This document shows, piece by piece, positions 1-11,377 of a stretch of DNA of 64,000 bases (within the stretch, counting starts at the first letter, position 1; every line of letters starts with the position of its first letter). Under the pieces are notes generated by a model. That model did no database searches and was not told the origin of the DNA. It saw only the letters and a program-made list of their open reading frames with translations. The position numbers were made by a program, and so were the translations under genes. The stretch is from an uncultured Gemmataceae bacterium (GTDB taxonomy: Bacteria; Planctomycetota; Planctomycetia; Gemmatales; Gemmataceae). The DNA is taken from NCBI GenBank assembly GCA_963750165.1, contig CAVVPN010000004.1, positions 32,001 to 96,000 on the forward strand. Reading direction: 5' to 3'.

Positions 1-1239
1 CGGCGAACTGCGGCAGATGACGCGCGCCGGGGCCGAGGTCGTCGTCGAGAGCCGCTGGTTCCTGGTGCGCGACGAGCAGGGCCAGCCGCGCACCTCCTTG
101 ATGCTCAACACCGACGTGACCGAGAAGCGGCGGTTGCAGGAGCAGGCGCTGCGGGCGCAGCGGCTGGAGAGCATCGGCACGCTGGCCGGCGGCATCGCCC
201 ACGACCTCAACAACGCCCTGACGCCGATCAGCATGGCCATCGAACTCCTCCGGACGCCGCAGCCGGAAGAGCAGCGGCAGGCGCTGCTGAGCGTCCTGGA
301 GAGCAGTACCGCCCGCGGCACCGAGCTGGTCCGGCAGGTGCTAGCGTTCGCCCGCGGGTCCGGGGGGCGCCGCGCCCGGTGCAGCTCTGGCACCTGCTCG
401 GCGACCTGGAGCGGATGCTGCGGCAGACCCTGCCCAAGTCGGTGGTGATCGAGACGGCTGTGGCCCGCGACCTGTGGCCGGTGCTGGGCGACGCCACGCA
501 GCTGTACCAGGTGCTGCTGAACCTGTGCGTCAACGCCCGTGACGCGATGCCGCACGGCGGTCTGCTGACCCTCCACGCCGCCAACCGCCCCCTGGACGCC
601 GCCGGCCCGCACGTGCTCGTCTCGGTCGCGGACACCGGCGGCGGCATGTCGGCGGCCGTGCTGGAGAAAATCTTCGACCCCTTCTTCACGACCAAGGAGA
701 CGGGCACCGGCCTCGGCCTGTCCACGGCGCTGGGCATCGTGAAGAGCCACCGGGGTTTCATCACCGTTCACAGCGATGTCGGAAGGGGGTCGCGGTTCAT
801 GGTGTATTTACCGTCCGCCGAGGCCGTCGCGGCCGAACCAGCCCCCGCCGCCGCCGCCCTGCCCGCCGGCAGCGGCGAAGAGATCCTCGTCGTGGACGAC
901 GAGGCGCCCGTGCGGCGGATCGCCCAGGCCGTGCTGGAGGCTTACGGCTATCGCGTGCTGACCGCCCGGAGCGGCGAGGAGGCGTTGGCGACGCTCGCCG
1001 GGCGCCGGCGCGAGGTGCGCGCGGTGGTAACCGACATCATGATGCCGGGCATGGGTGGCGTGGCTGCCATCCAGGCGCTGCGGGGGTTGGCTCCCGGCGT
1101 CCGCGTGTTGGCCATGACCGGTCTGAGCCTGTCCGGCCCGCAGGAGGTGGGGGCGGACGCGGTACTGCCGAAGCCGTTCACCGCCGCGAGCCTGCTGACG
1201 GCCCTGCGGAAACTGCTCGGCGAAGGCGGGGCCGAGTAG
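1..1239 (+). CDS. Hybrid sensor histidine kinase (PAS-HisKA-HATPase-REC); 5'-partial, frameshift near 375
   Basis: H-box GTLAGGIAHDLNN in ORF 17..448; N-box QVLLNLCVNARDAM, G-boxes DTGGGM / FFTTK-GTGLGL and receiver ILVVDDE...TDIMMP...KPF in ORF 379..1239. Confidence 0.9.
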   Translation, partial: RRTAADDARRGRGRRREPLVPGARRAGPAAHLLDAQHRRDREAAVAGAGAAGAAAGEHRHAGRRHRPRPQQRPDADQHGHRTPPDAAAGRAAAGAAERPGEQYRPRHRAGPAGASVRPRVRGAPRPVQLWHLLGDLERMLRQTLPKSVVIETAVARDLWPVLGDATQLYQVLLNLCVNARDAMPHGGLLTLHAANRPLDAAGPHVLVSVADTGGGMSAAVLEKIFDPFFTTKETGTGLGLSTALGIVKSHRGFITVHSDVGRGSRFMVYLPSAEAVAAEPAPAAAALPAGSGEEILVVDDEAPVRRIAQAVLEAYGYRVLTARSGEEALATLAGRRREVRAVVTDIMMPGMGGVAAIQALRGLAPGVRVLAMTGLSLSGPQEVGADAVLPKPFTAASLLTALRKLLGEGGAE

Positions 1240-1539
1240 AGGCTACCCGTTGGTTTCACGTCAAGCCGCCAGTGGCAGAACAGCCCACAACTCCAGGGCC
1301 GTTTCCTTTTGTCGTAAGTGCGTTCGGAAACAAAGACGATTCGCCCGAGCAGACGGCCGCTTACTCCGCGCGTACGCTCCGTGCGCGGCTCGGCGGCGCT
1401 CCTTGCTTCCGAACGCGCTTCCTGAGAGAGCCAGAAGCGGCTTGACACAAACCAGTCATGGACTTACTGTGCGTCGTCGCCCGAGGGAACCGGGACCAGC
1501 CCCCAGGAGGCGGGGTTGGGTGGAGAAGGGAGTCGGCTC

Positions 1540-2691
1540 ATGTCCACGACGCTCGGAGTGCCACTGTGCGATCTGCAAGGTCAATTTCGCGAACTGGAGC
1601 CGCAACTGCTCGAGGCGGTGGCGCGCGTCCTGCGGTCGGGGCAGGTGATCCTCGGCCCGGAGGTGGAGGGCCTCGAACAGGAGCTGGCCCGCTACTGCGG
1701 CGCTGGCTACGCAGTCGGCTGCGCTTCCGGCACCGATGCGCTGCTGCTGGCGCTGCACGCCCTGGGCGTCGGCCCCGGCGATGAGGTGATCCTGCCGCCG
1801 TTCACCTTTTTCGCCACCGTCGGCGCCGTCTGCCGCACCGGCGCCCGGCCCGTCTTCGCCGACATCGACCGGGCCACCTTCAACCTCGACCCGCTTCAGG
1901 TCGAGAACAAGGTCACGCCGCGGACGCGCGCGATCATCGCCGTCCACCTGTACGGCCAGTGCGTGGACATGGAACCGCTGTGGCACGTGGCCGAGCGGCA
2001 CAACCTGCCGATCGTCGAGGACGCCGCCCAGGCCCTCGGCGCCGAGTACCAGAAGAAGCGCGCCGGCACTCTGGGGGCCATCGGCTGCTTCAGCTTTTAC
2101 CCGAGCAAGAACCTGGGCACTTACGGCGACGCGGGCATGGTTGTGACCAATGATCCGGACTGGGCGACGCACATGCGCTGCCTGCGCGTCCACGGCATGC
2201 AGCCGAAGTATCATCATCAGTTCATGGGTTGGAACGCCCGTCTGGACGCCCTGCAAGCGGCCCTGCTGCGCGTGAAGCTGGCACACCTGGACCGCTGGAC
2301 GGAGCAGCGTCAACGGGCGGCCCAGCGCTACGACGCGCTGATCGAGGAAGGGCATCTGGGCCAGTATTTGCTGCGGCCGGTGGTGCGGCCGCAGCGGCGA
2401 CACGTGTTCAACCAGTACGTGGTGCGCGTGGCCGATGGCCAGCGCGACGGGCTGGTGCGGCACCTGCAGGCGGAGAAGATCGGCTGCGAGATTTACTACC
2501 CGATCCCCCTGCATCGGCAACCGTGCCTGAATTACCTGGGTTACGCGGAAGGGGACTTCCCGGCCAGCGAGGAGGCCAGCCGCTGCGTGCTGGCGCTGCC
2601 AATGTTCCCGGAACTCACGGCCGAGCAGCAGCGGCGTGTGGTGCAGAGCTGCGCCGCCTTCGCCCGCAAGCGCTCGCGCATGGCAGCGTAA
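1540..2691 (+). CDS. DegT/DnrJ/EryC1/StrS family PLP aminotransferase
   Basis: SGTDALLLAL, VHLYGQ, EDAAQA, SFYPSKNLGTYGDAG motifs; GGGAG RBS before ATG 1540. Confidence 0.93.
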   Translation: MSTTLGVPLCDLQGQFRELEPQLLEAVARVLRSGQVILGPEVEGLEQELARYCGAGYAVGCASGTDALLLALHALGVGPGDEVILPPFTFFATVGAVCRTGARPVFADIDRATFNLDPLQVENKVTPRTRAIIAVHLYGQCVDMEPLWHVAERHNLPIVEDAAQALGAEYQKKRAGTLGAIGCFSFYPSKNLGTYGDAGMVVTNDPDWATHMRCLRVHGMQPKYHHQFMGWNARLDALQAALLRVKLAHLDRWTEQRQRAAQRYDALIEEGHLGQYLLRPVVRPQRRHVFNQYVVRVADGQRDGLVRHLQAEKIGCEIYYPIPLHRQPCLNYLGYAEGDFPASEEASRCVLALPMFPELTAEQQRRVVQSCAAFARKRSRMAA

Positions 2692-2694
2692 GAG

Positions 2695-2831
2695 TAAAAC
2701 CACGGAACCCACGGAACACACGGAAAAAAAGACAGAAGAATGAGTGAGTCGGGTGAAGTCCCTGGATTCAACCCTCGCTCACCCACTCTTCTGTCTTTTT
2801 TTCCGTGTGTTCCGTGGGTTCCGTGGTTTTA
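2695..2831. repeat. 45-bp perfect inverted repeat (REP-like, possible bidirectional terminator) between convergent genes
   Basis: taaaaccacggaacccacggaacacacggaaaaaaagacagaaga at 2695-2739 and its reverse complement at 2787-2831. Confidence 0.9.
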
Positions 2832-2836
2832 GTCCC

Positions 2837-4771
2837 TTACTTCGAGGCTCCCCACAGCCGGACGCTCCGGTCCATGCTGCCGCTGAGGAGCTGCTGGCCG
2901 TCCGGCGCGACCGCCAGGCCGTAGACGCCGCCGTTGTGGCCGTTCAACTGCCGCAACTCCCGCCCGCTGTCCACGTCCCAGATGCGCACCGTGCCGTCGT
3001 CGCCGCCGCTGACCAGCTTGCGGCCGTCGCTGGCGAACGCCAGGCTCACCACTGCCCCCTTGTGGCCGCGGAACCGCCGCACTTCCTTGCCGGTGGCCAC
3101 CTCCCACAGCAGAATGGTGTGGTCGTTGCTCGCGGAGGCCACGCGGTCGCCCTCCGGCGAAAACGCCACCGACCAGACCGGCAGCGTGTGGCCCGTGAAC
3201 TGCTTCAGTTCCTTACGGGCCCCCAGGTCCCACAGCCGTACCGTGTCATCCGCGCCGCCCGAGACCGCCTGGCGGCCGTCCGGCGAGAAGGCGACACGGT
3301 TCACGCAGCCGCGGTGCCCCGTCAATTTGGCCAGCTCGTTGCCCGTGCTCACGTCCCAGAGCCGCACCGTGCCGTCCGCCCCGGCCGTCAGCGCCCGCAG
3401 CCCGTCCGGCGAAAACGCCACCTGGAACACCGGCTCGTTGTGGCCGCTGAACTGCCGCAGCTCCTTCGCCGCCGACACGTCCCAGAGCCGCACCGTGCCG
3501 TCCTGGCCGCACGACAACAGGAAGCGGCCGTCCGGCGACCAGGCCACGCCCTCGACTCCGGCGCTGTGGCCCTCCAGGCGCTGGGCCTCGCGCCCGCCCA
3601 CCAGGTCCCAGACACGGATGCTGCGGTCCCAGCTGGCCGAGGCGGCCCGGTGGCCGTCCGGCGCGAACGCCACACTCAGCACGGCGTCGCCGTGGCCGTT
3701 GAAAACCTGCACCGACACGGCCACGTCCGCCAGCGGGGCGGTCAGGCCCGGCGGCGTGTGCTGCAGATCCGGCGGCACCTGGGCCAGCAGGAGCTTGATT
3801 TCCGTCTCGACCGAGCGCCGCGTCAGGCCCGCCGTTTTGTCCAGCGCCTGGCGATACCAGTGGACGGCGCGCAGCAGCAGGTGTGCCCGGGCGGGCTCCT
3901 TCTCCTGCTTGTGCAGGGCGGCCCAGTCCTCGGCGAGGGTCATCTGCTCCCGGGTGTCCTTGGGGGTGGCCAGGTCGCGCCGGGCCAGCTTCCGCAGCTC
4001 GCCGTCCTTGCCCCTGGCCAGCAGAGGCAGACCCTTCTCCCAGCTGCCGCGCGTCAGGCAGAAATACCGGCCGGCGGTCTGGTTGGCGTCCGCGTTGTCC
4101 GGGTTCTTCTTCAGCGCCACCAGGGCCGGCTGCACGTTCTGATACCCCGTTCGCATGGCCTCCACCTGCTCCGCCCGCTTCTTCACCCGGCCCAGCAGCG
4201 GCAGCGACTTGCTGCGGATGGCCGCCTCCTCGGCGATGCGCAACAGCTTCTGCGCCGCGTCGAACCGGTCGGCGGCCACGGCCTCGCTCACGAAGCGCAG
4301 CGTCACCTCGGTCAATTGCCGCAGCGGGAACTCCCCCTGGACGTTCTTGGCCGCGCCCTGAAGCATGTCGATGCGCATGGCCGCGGCGTCGATCACATAA
4401 AGCTTGTTCAATTCGTCGATGGCACTGAACGCCAGACGCAGGTCGCCGGCGGACGCGGCCAGGTCGCGGGCCTCCAGGTAGCCGATGTAGCGCAGCACCG
4501 GATCCTCGCGGGTCGCCCGGCTCTCGTTGAACACCTTCAGGGCCAGGACGCGGCGCGCGGCGTCGGACTTCTGGGCCTCGGCGTAGCTGTCCTGGAAGAT
4601 GCGCTTGACGGCGGCGCGGGCCTTGGCCTGGGCCGCCTCGCCGGGCGGCGGCAGTTTGGCCTGCTGCTTGCCAGTGTCGCCGGCCGGCGCTAACGTCGCA
4701 GTCAGCAGCGCCACCAGGCCGCCACACCACCACGCCAGACGCCCGGGCCGACAGAGTTGATGGGTTCGCAT
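2837..4771 (-). CDS. Secreted protein with helical N-terminal region and C-terminal WD40 beta-propeller
   Basis: Signal-like MRTHQLCRPGRLAWWCGGLVALLTATLAPA; seven GH...WD-type repeats (e.g. GHSAGVEGVAWSPDG...VRLWD). Confidence 0.88.
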   Translation of the reverse strand: MRTHQLCRPGRLAWWCGGLVALLTATLAPAGDTGKQQAKLPPPGEAAQAKARAAVKRIFQDSYAEAQKSDAARRVLALKVFNESRATREDPVLRYIGYLEARDLAASAGDLRLAFSAIDELNKLYVIDAAAMRIDMLQGAAKNVQGEFPLRQLTEVTLRFVSEAVAADRFDAAQKLLRIAEEAAIRSKSLPLLGRVKKRAEQVEAMRTGYQNVQPALVALKKNPDNADANQTAGRYFCLTRGSWEKGLPLLARGKDGELRKLARRDLATPKDTREQMTLAEDWAALHKQEKEPARAHLLLRAVHWYRQALDKTAGLTRRSVETEIKLLLAQVPPDLQHTPPGLTAPLADVAVSVQVFNGHGDAVLSVAFAPDGHRAASASWDRSIRVWDLVGGREAQRLEGHSAGVEGVAWSPDGRFLLSCGQDGTVRLWDVSAAKELRQFSGHNEPVFQVAFSPDGLRALTAGADGTVRLWDVSTGNELAKLTGHRGCVNRVAFSPDGRQAVSGGADDTVRLWDLGARKELKQFTGHTLPVWSVAFSPEGDRVASASNDHTILLWEVATGKEVRRFRGHKGAVVSLAFASDGRKLVSGGDDGTVRIWDVDSGRELRQLNGHNGGVYGLAVAPDGQQLLSGSMDRSVRLWGASK

Positions 4772-4899
4772 AACCACCTCGCAGAAAGAGGCCGCCGTCC
4801 TCGTCGCGGGACCGGTCCGTTCCGCTATCGTATAACGAACCCGACGCGCAAGCGAGGGTTCTGTTTCCCTTGCTTGCGCGTCGGGTTGCTGGGATGGAT

Positions 4900-7040
4900 T
4901 CAGGAAGGGAGCGGCCCGCCCGTCAGCTCGACGCCAAGGGCCCTGAGGCGGCGTTCCAGTTCGGCGGCGTTCTCCTCGCTGACCACCAGCGCGGTCGGCC
5001 CCAATCGCGCCTCGATGAACGCCCGCGTGCCCGGCCATTGTTGCAGGCCATCGGCGAGGTCGGGCGTCGGCACGCTCAGCACCAGATAGCGCTGCAGTTG
5101 CACCGGCGTCTCCGGCCCGGCCTGGAACAGCAACCGGCCGGCCGGCGGCAGCGGGTGGCCGCTGCGCTGGGCGAACCATTGTTCGAGCGCCGCCAGACTG
5201 AGGCCGCCCTGACGGGCCGCGGCGACAGACTCCGGCGTCAGGCGATACCAGCGCCGGCCGCCGTCGCCGCGGTCGAGCGGTTCGGCCAGCCGCTGCACCT
5301 CCGTTTCGATCAGCAGGTCCGACCGCGCCGGGTCGATGCTCAACGTCACACCGTCCGCGTCTACCTCGACGCACTTCTCCGGCGGCAGGGCGTAGTCGCG
5401 CGTTGCCGTCAGGCGGAAATGGCGGTAGTCGATGGCCTGCTCGTTGGCGACGATGGCCAGGCGGTCCGACAGCCGCACTGCCGGCACGCCGCGCGCCAGG
5501 GCGTCGTTGAGGTCCTCGGCGCTGTTGAACTCGAACAGGGCACCGGCGGCGAAAACCTGAATGCGGTCGCGCTTGTCCGCCCAGGTGCGCAGGGCGTTGA
5601 TGACCGCGTCCGGTGTCGCCTTCATGCCGTGCCGCTCCAGCGCGGCCAGGATCGTCTCAAAACTCTCGCCGGCCTCCAGCGCCCGGTACACGGTCTCGGG
5701 TTGGAGTTGCAACGTGCAGGCGGCGCCCAAATTTTTCCAGGCGGCGAAGCGGCCGAGGCGCAGAATCAGGGCTGGCGACAGGCCCTGGCGGTACGCGAGG
5801 ATTTCCAGGTTGGGCTGCACCAGCAGCGTTTGCGGAAACGCCGGCTCCGCGGCGCCGGCCCTTGCCCGAGCAGCCACCGGCCCGTCGCCGACAGCCGCAG
5901 CACCCAGCCGCCTTCGCCGGTTCGGACCGCCTGCACCAGACGCAACTGATAAACCAGGCCGAGCAGGAACGTTTCCAGCTGGCCCCTGTCTTCCCTGTCG
6001 CCGGTGCCGTGCCAGAACGGGTGCCGCTCCAGCAACCAGGCTTCCAGGTCGCGCGGCCGCGCCCAGCCGTCGGCCGGCAACCGGCTCAGCAGCAGCAGCG
6101 CCAACAAGTAGAACGACGGATACGGGTTGGCCGCCTGCGTGGCAATGTGCCAGCCCTGCCGCGGGTTCCACGACCGCAGCCGCAGCAGCCCCGCCCACAG
6201 CGACGCGAGGCCAGCAGCCAGCCCCTGTTCCCAGGTCGCGGGCGGCTCACCGGCGGTCAGTTCGCCGTCGGCCTCGCGGAGCAGCCCTTCGCTGCGGGCC
6301 AGAGCCACGGCCAGCAAGCCAGCGTCCGGCGGTGTCGCCAGTTCGTCCGGCGCCGCGGCGTTCAGCAGCGGGTCGGAGCGCAGGCGGTCGAGGTCGCGCT
6401 TGAAGAAATCGCCCTGCTGGGTGCGGCGCAGCGGGCCGTGGACCGCCACCTGCTGCCACAGCACCGCCAGCCGCAACGGCCATTGCAGCCCGTCCGCCTC
6501 GGACACCGCCTGCGCCGCCGGCAGCGTCACGGCCCCCGGACAGGGCGGCAAATCGAGGTCCAGCCCGACGGCTCGTGCGGTGACCAGCGGGTGCGCGAAC
6601 ACCGCCAGTTGCTCCGGCGCCGACTGGGCGAGCCACTGCCGGAAGTGCCGCACCCGGGCGCCGTTCGTGGGGTGCGCCGGCGGGCCGAGATCGGGGCAGA
6701 GCAGGCCCGCCTCCAGCAATTCGATGACGGGTTCCAGGCCGTCCGCCTGGCCGAGTGTGACCAGCAGTTCGACGAGGTTGCCGACCTGCCAGCGCGGCTG
6801 ACGGCTGAGGCCGATGAGCGCGAGCAGCCGGCGGGCGGCCGATCCAACCTCGGCGAGGCGGCGGTCGAGGACGGCGGGGTTGTGGACGGTGGCGACGCTG
6901 CGCTCGACGAGTTCCTCGACGGGCCACTGGTTGCGCGGCTTGCACAGGCGGCCGGCGACCTGGCGCAGCAGCGGTTCGTCATAGGCGCGCAGGGTCTGCC
7001 GCAGGTGTTCGGACCAGGGGGTTGGGTCGGCGGTTATCAT
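4900..7040 (-). CDS. XPB-associated protein with helicase-associated (Helicase_C_3-like) domain; frameshift near 5850
   Basis: N-part MITADPTPW... in ORF 5766..7370; C-part LLVQPNLEILAY...LQPETVYRALEAG...LRTW in ORF 4900..6198; lies downstream of XPB. Confidence 0.75.
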
Positions 7041-7255
7041 GTGACCACCTGGGGTGTGTGGCCCATGCGGCGCAGTTCCTGGACCACCGCCTCGACGCGG
7101 CCGGCGCGGACCAGCAGCACGCGCTCCGCCAGGCGGCCGGCCACGTCCTGCGCCAGGCGGCGGTTGGCCAGCAGTTCCTCGGCCAGCACCACGTCCTCGG
7201 TGCAAATCAGCGAGACGCGGCGGTGCAGTTTGACGGGGATGCGTGCTTTTTCCAT
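7037..7255 (-). CDS. Small hypothetical protein of the XPB cluster (72 aa)
   Basis: MEKARIPVKLHRRVSLICTEDVVLAEELL...; its TGA overlaps the next ATG (ATGA at 7037-7040). Confidence 0.65.
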   Translation of the reverse strand: MEKARIPVKLHRRVSLICTEDVVLAEELLANRRLAQDVAGRLAERVLLVRAGRVEAVVQELRRMGHTPQVVT

Positions 7256-7320
7256 CCGCGGTAGCCTCAGAAATTCTGCCCCCTCGCCCCCTTCCAGGGG
7301 ACGAGGGGAGCAAGACCACC

Positions 7321-9023
7321 TCAACCGACCGTACACGGCTGCGGTCCGAGCAGGTCGGCGCCGTCCGCAATGCTGTAACTGTAGCCCTGCTCGGTCAGAA
7401 ACAGCTGCCGGTGGTGGGAGAAGTCCAGCTCGCGCGTGTCGCGCGTCACCAGCGTGTAAAAGTGGGCGGCTTCACCGTTCGCCTTGGGCCGCAGGATGCG
7501 CCCCAACCGCTGCGCTTCCTCCTGACGCGAGCCGAACGTGCCCGACACCTGGATCAGCACCTGTGCGTCCGGCAGATCAATGGCGAAATTGCCGACCTTG
7601 GACAGAATCAGGTGCTTGATCTCGCCGCGACGGAATTTGTTGTACAAATCCTCGCGCTCGGCGTTGTCGGTCTGGCCGGTGATGAGCGGCAGCTCGAAGC
7701 GGTCGCGGAGGGTGCGCAGTTGTTTGAGATACTGGCCGATGACGAGCACGTTCCTGTCGGCGTACTTCTCCAGCAGGTGGGCGACGACATCGTCCTTGGC
7801 CGGGTTCTCGCTGGCGATGCGGTACTTGTGGCGCCACTCGGCGACGGCGTACTCCATGCGCAGCGGCTCCGGCAGGGCCACGCGGACCTCCGTGCAGGTC
7901 GCCTCCGCGATCCAGCCGCGCGACTCCAGTTCGCGCCACGGCACATCGTATTTCTTCGGCCCGATCAGGCTGAACACGTCCTCCTCGCGGCCGTCCTCGC
8001 GGACCAGCGTCGCCGTCAGGCCGAGCCGCCGCCGCGCCTGGATGTGGGCGGTCACGCGGAACACTGGCGCCGGCAGCAGATGCACCTCGTCGTAGATGAT
8101 GAGGCCCCAGTCGCGCTCGTCGAACAGCTTGAAGTGCGGGAACTCTTCCTTGCGGTCGGGCCGGTGCGTCAGAATCTGATAGGTCGCCACGGTGACGGGG
8201 CCGATGTCCTTGGTCTCGCCGGTGTACTCGGCGACATCCTTCTCTTTCAGATCGGTCTTGTCGAGGATTTCGCGGCGCCACTGCTTGACGGCGGTGATGC
8301 TCGTGGTCAGCACCAGGGTGCTGCGCTGCACCTGGGCCATGGCCGCGATGCCAACGATGGTCTTGCCGGCGCCGCACGGCAGCACGATGACGCCGCTGCC
8401 GCCGCGCACGTCGCCGCCGGCGTAAAACACATCGGCCGCCTCGCGCTGGTAGTCGCGGACGTGGAACGGCAGCCCCGAGGCGGCGACGGGCGCAGGGCGG
8501 TCGGCAGCGGCGCGCCTTCGGTGTAGCCGGCCAGGTCCTCGGCGGGGTAGCCGACGGCGATCAGCGCCTGCTTGATGACGCCGCGGAACGCCGGATCGAT
8601 GGCGAAGCTGGTGGGGCCAAGGCGGTCGCTGAGGTAGTCGCGCACCTTCGGCTGGCGAGCCAGTTCTTCGAGCAGCGGCCGGTCGGGACAGGACAGTTTC
8701 AGGCGGTCGCCGTCGCGCTCAAGCTTGACGCGGCCGTAGCGGCCAACCAGCTCGGCGATGTCAGCGAGCAGGTTGTTGGGCAGCGGGAACTTGCTGAAGC
8801 GGCGGAGCACGTCGATCATGGCGTCGGCGGTCAGGCCGGCGGCGGCGGCGTTCCACAGCGACAGTGGCGTCAATCGATAGGTGTGGATATGTTCAGGACT
8901 TTTTTCGAGTTCCGCGAAGGGGGCGAGGGCGTCGCGGGCCTCGGCATAGCGGGGGTTGTCCACCTCCACCAGGACCGAGCGGTCGCCCTGAACGATGAGA
9001 GGGTTGCTGGGGTCGTACTGCAT
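7321..9023 (-). CDS. XPB/Rad25-family DNA repair helicase; frameshift near 8480
   Basis: NPLIVQGDRSVLVEVD, LEKSPEHIHTYRLTPLSLWNA, LPCGAGKT, DEVH, LGLTAT, GSRQEEAQRLGRILR. Confidence 0.92.
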
Positions 9024-9309
9024 GCTGCGCTGAATCCTTCCGATGGACCGTCGAGGCTGCGAAAAGGGGCAGTGTAGTGGTTGCCCCGGAGCGCTGCAAG
9101 GCGAAGTGGCGTTTGGGTGGGCGCCTTCCGGGGCACGGGAACTTCACCAATCAAGCAATTATACTCCAGGGTGGCGGCGGGAAAAAAGAGCAGCCCGCTC
9201 CTGCACTCGGACGGGAGGGGTTGCCTGGCGCCCGACACACACCACCGCCCACGCACGCCGAGATGGAGCGGTTGGCGGGTTGGCACGGCGGGGCGTCCGC
9301 TGGCGCGGC

Positions 9310-9376
9310 TTGCCACAGCAAGAACGCCAAGGACGCCAAGAACGCCAACTTTTTCATACGTCGAGAATCGGCGCCC
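9310..9376 (+). repeat. Dispersed repeat, copy 1 of 3 (core gccaactttttcatacgtcgaga)
   Basis: Same core preceded by caagRRcgc-type sub-repeats also at about 42464-42530 and 42573-42630. Confidence 0.85.
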
Positions 9377-9471
9377 TTGGCCCGGGTTGGTCGCGGCCGC
9401 GCAGTCCAATACAATCACGCGGTCGAGGACGGTCCCACCGGCTAATACCAAATCGCCTTGATGATTCGCGT

Positions 9472-9531
9472 TACCAACCCGGAGCGCCAGCCACGGGTCG
9501 AGTTCCTCCGCGCTGGCGCTCCGGGCTGGTA
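9472..9531. repeat. REP-like palindrome (gagcgccagc family)
   Basis: taccaacccggagcgccagc / gctggcgctccgggctggta; related palindrome at 51008-51056. Confidence 0.75.
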
Positions 9532-9615
9532 CGGACGAGATAGGCACGACAGCTCGAACGTGCTGTGCGAAGCATCCTGAGCTGAAGCACGTTTCTTGTC
9601 TTGGGGGGTTGTTCC

Positions 9616-11300
9616 GTGGACAAGCTGGATCCGGGCGGAGTGGTCAAGCCGCAGAACGGCGTGGCTGGGTTGAAGCACTGGCGGTACGACCTTGTTGCCG
9701 GCCTCATGGTGTCGATGGTGTCGCTGCCGTTCTCGCTTGGCATTGCGGTGGCTTCCGGCGCGCCGCCGGTGGCCGGGCTGATCTCGGCGATCATCGCCGG
9801 CCTGATCTACCCGTTCCTGGGCGGGTCCTACGTGACCATCAGCGGGCCGGCCGCCGGGCTGGCCCCGGCACTGCTCGCGGGCATGATCGCCCTCGGCGCG
9901 GGCGACCGGGCCGTCGGCTACCCCTTGCTCCTGGCGGCGATCTGCATGACCGGCTGCGTGCAGATCGTGCTGAGCGCGGTCAAGGCGGCCCGCTTCAGCG
10001 CCCTGTTCCCCTCCTCGGTGGTGGAGGGCATGCTCGCCGCCATCGGCCTGCTCATCATCGCCAAGGAACTGCCGCTATTCCTCGGACAGCAGTTCGCGGC
10101 GCACGAGTTCTTCGAGATTCTGCTGGAGGTTCCGGCGGCGCTGGGGCGCCTGGACTGGCGGGCCTGCGCCGTGGGCGCGCTGTGTCTGGCACTGCTCGCC
10201 TTCCTGGGGGCGACGCGGTTTCGCCGGCTCCGCGCCGTGCCGCCGCCGCTGACCGTGGTTCTGGTCGGCATCGGCCTGGGGCTGGTGATTGGGTTGGATC
10301 CACGCCAGCGCATTCATGTCCCCGACAACGTCCTGGAGCATGGCCTGGTGCTGCCGAACTTCCAGGTCTTGCTGGCCACCAGCGCATTGTGGTGGACGGT
10401 CATCACGGTGGTCATGACCCTGACGCTGATCGACGGGGTCGAGTCGCTGGCCACCATCGCCGCCATCGACAAGATCGATCCGTTCAAGCGCAAATCGTCG
10501 CCGAACCGCACCCTGCTGGCGATGGGCGTCTCGAACATCTGTTCAAGCCTGGCGGGCGGCCTGACCATCATCCCCGGCGGCGTCAAGAGCACCGTTTGCA
10601 TCGTCACGGGCGGCAGGACGCTGTGGGCCAACTTCTACAATGCGATGTTCCTGCTGCTGTTCCTGCTCTGTGCCGCGAGCCTGATCAACCTGATCCCGCT
10701 GCCCGCGCTGGCGGCGGTCGTCATCTACATCGGCTACAAACTGTGCGCGCCCCGCGTCTGGATGCACATTGCCCAGATTGGCCTGGAGCAGTTGTTCGTG
10801 TTCAGCGTGACCGTGCTGACGACCCTCGTGACGGACCTGCTGGTGGGCATCTTCGCCGGCATGATCGCGAAAATGGTGGTGAGCACGACGCTGTCCTGGT
10901 CGTCCGGCCGCGCGGCGGCGAAACCAGGCGGGGTGGTGGGCGCGGCGCTGCGCTGCGTGGGCCGGCTGTTCCGCGACCCGGTGGCCGGGAGTGACCTCGC
11001 GACGGACGGCACCTATCACCTGTACTTTAACGGGCCGTTGGTCTCGTTCAACTTGCTCCACGTGCGGCGGGCGCTGGCGGCTGTGCCGGAGGAGGCGCAG
11101 CGGGTTTCCCTGCACTTCGGGGCTGGTGTGAGCCTGATCGATCACACCACCTATGTGAACCTGCTCGACTTCGCGCGGCGCGCAAGCAAGGCCTGGAGGA
11201 GCGCGTCGAATTCCTTGGCCTGGAGCGCTTCGCCGGTCGCTCCGAGCACGAGGCCTGCATGCGCGTCAGTGCCGCCGTTGCGGTCAAGCCCGCGACGTAA
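9616..11300 (+). CDS. SulP family inorganic anion transporter; frameshift near 11185
   Basis: DLVAGLMVSMVSLPFSLGIAVASGAPPVAGLISAIIAG, SGPAAGL, NRTLLAMGVSN; STAS-like tail continues in another frame (ARKQGLEERVEFLGL...KPAT) to TAA 11300. Confidence 0.88.
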
Positions 11301-11377
11301 CCCCAGTGGCCAACGGTGTCGCGACGCGGTTGCCGTTGGTCAGCGACGCCTCGCCCCAACATCCGTGACGGTTCGCT

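Noticed and set aside
2744..4693. Long antisense or alternative-frame ORFs (also 35016..36905, 42467..44638, 5613..7619 and others)
   Set aside because: Shadows of real genes in high-GC DNA with no recognisable motifs
9281..9315. Sigma54 promoter from TGGCAC/TTGC motifs (also near 42545)
   Set aside because: The GG-to-GC spacing is not the required 10 nt
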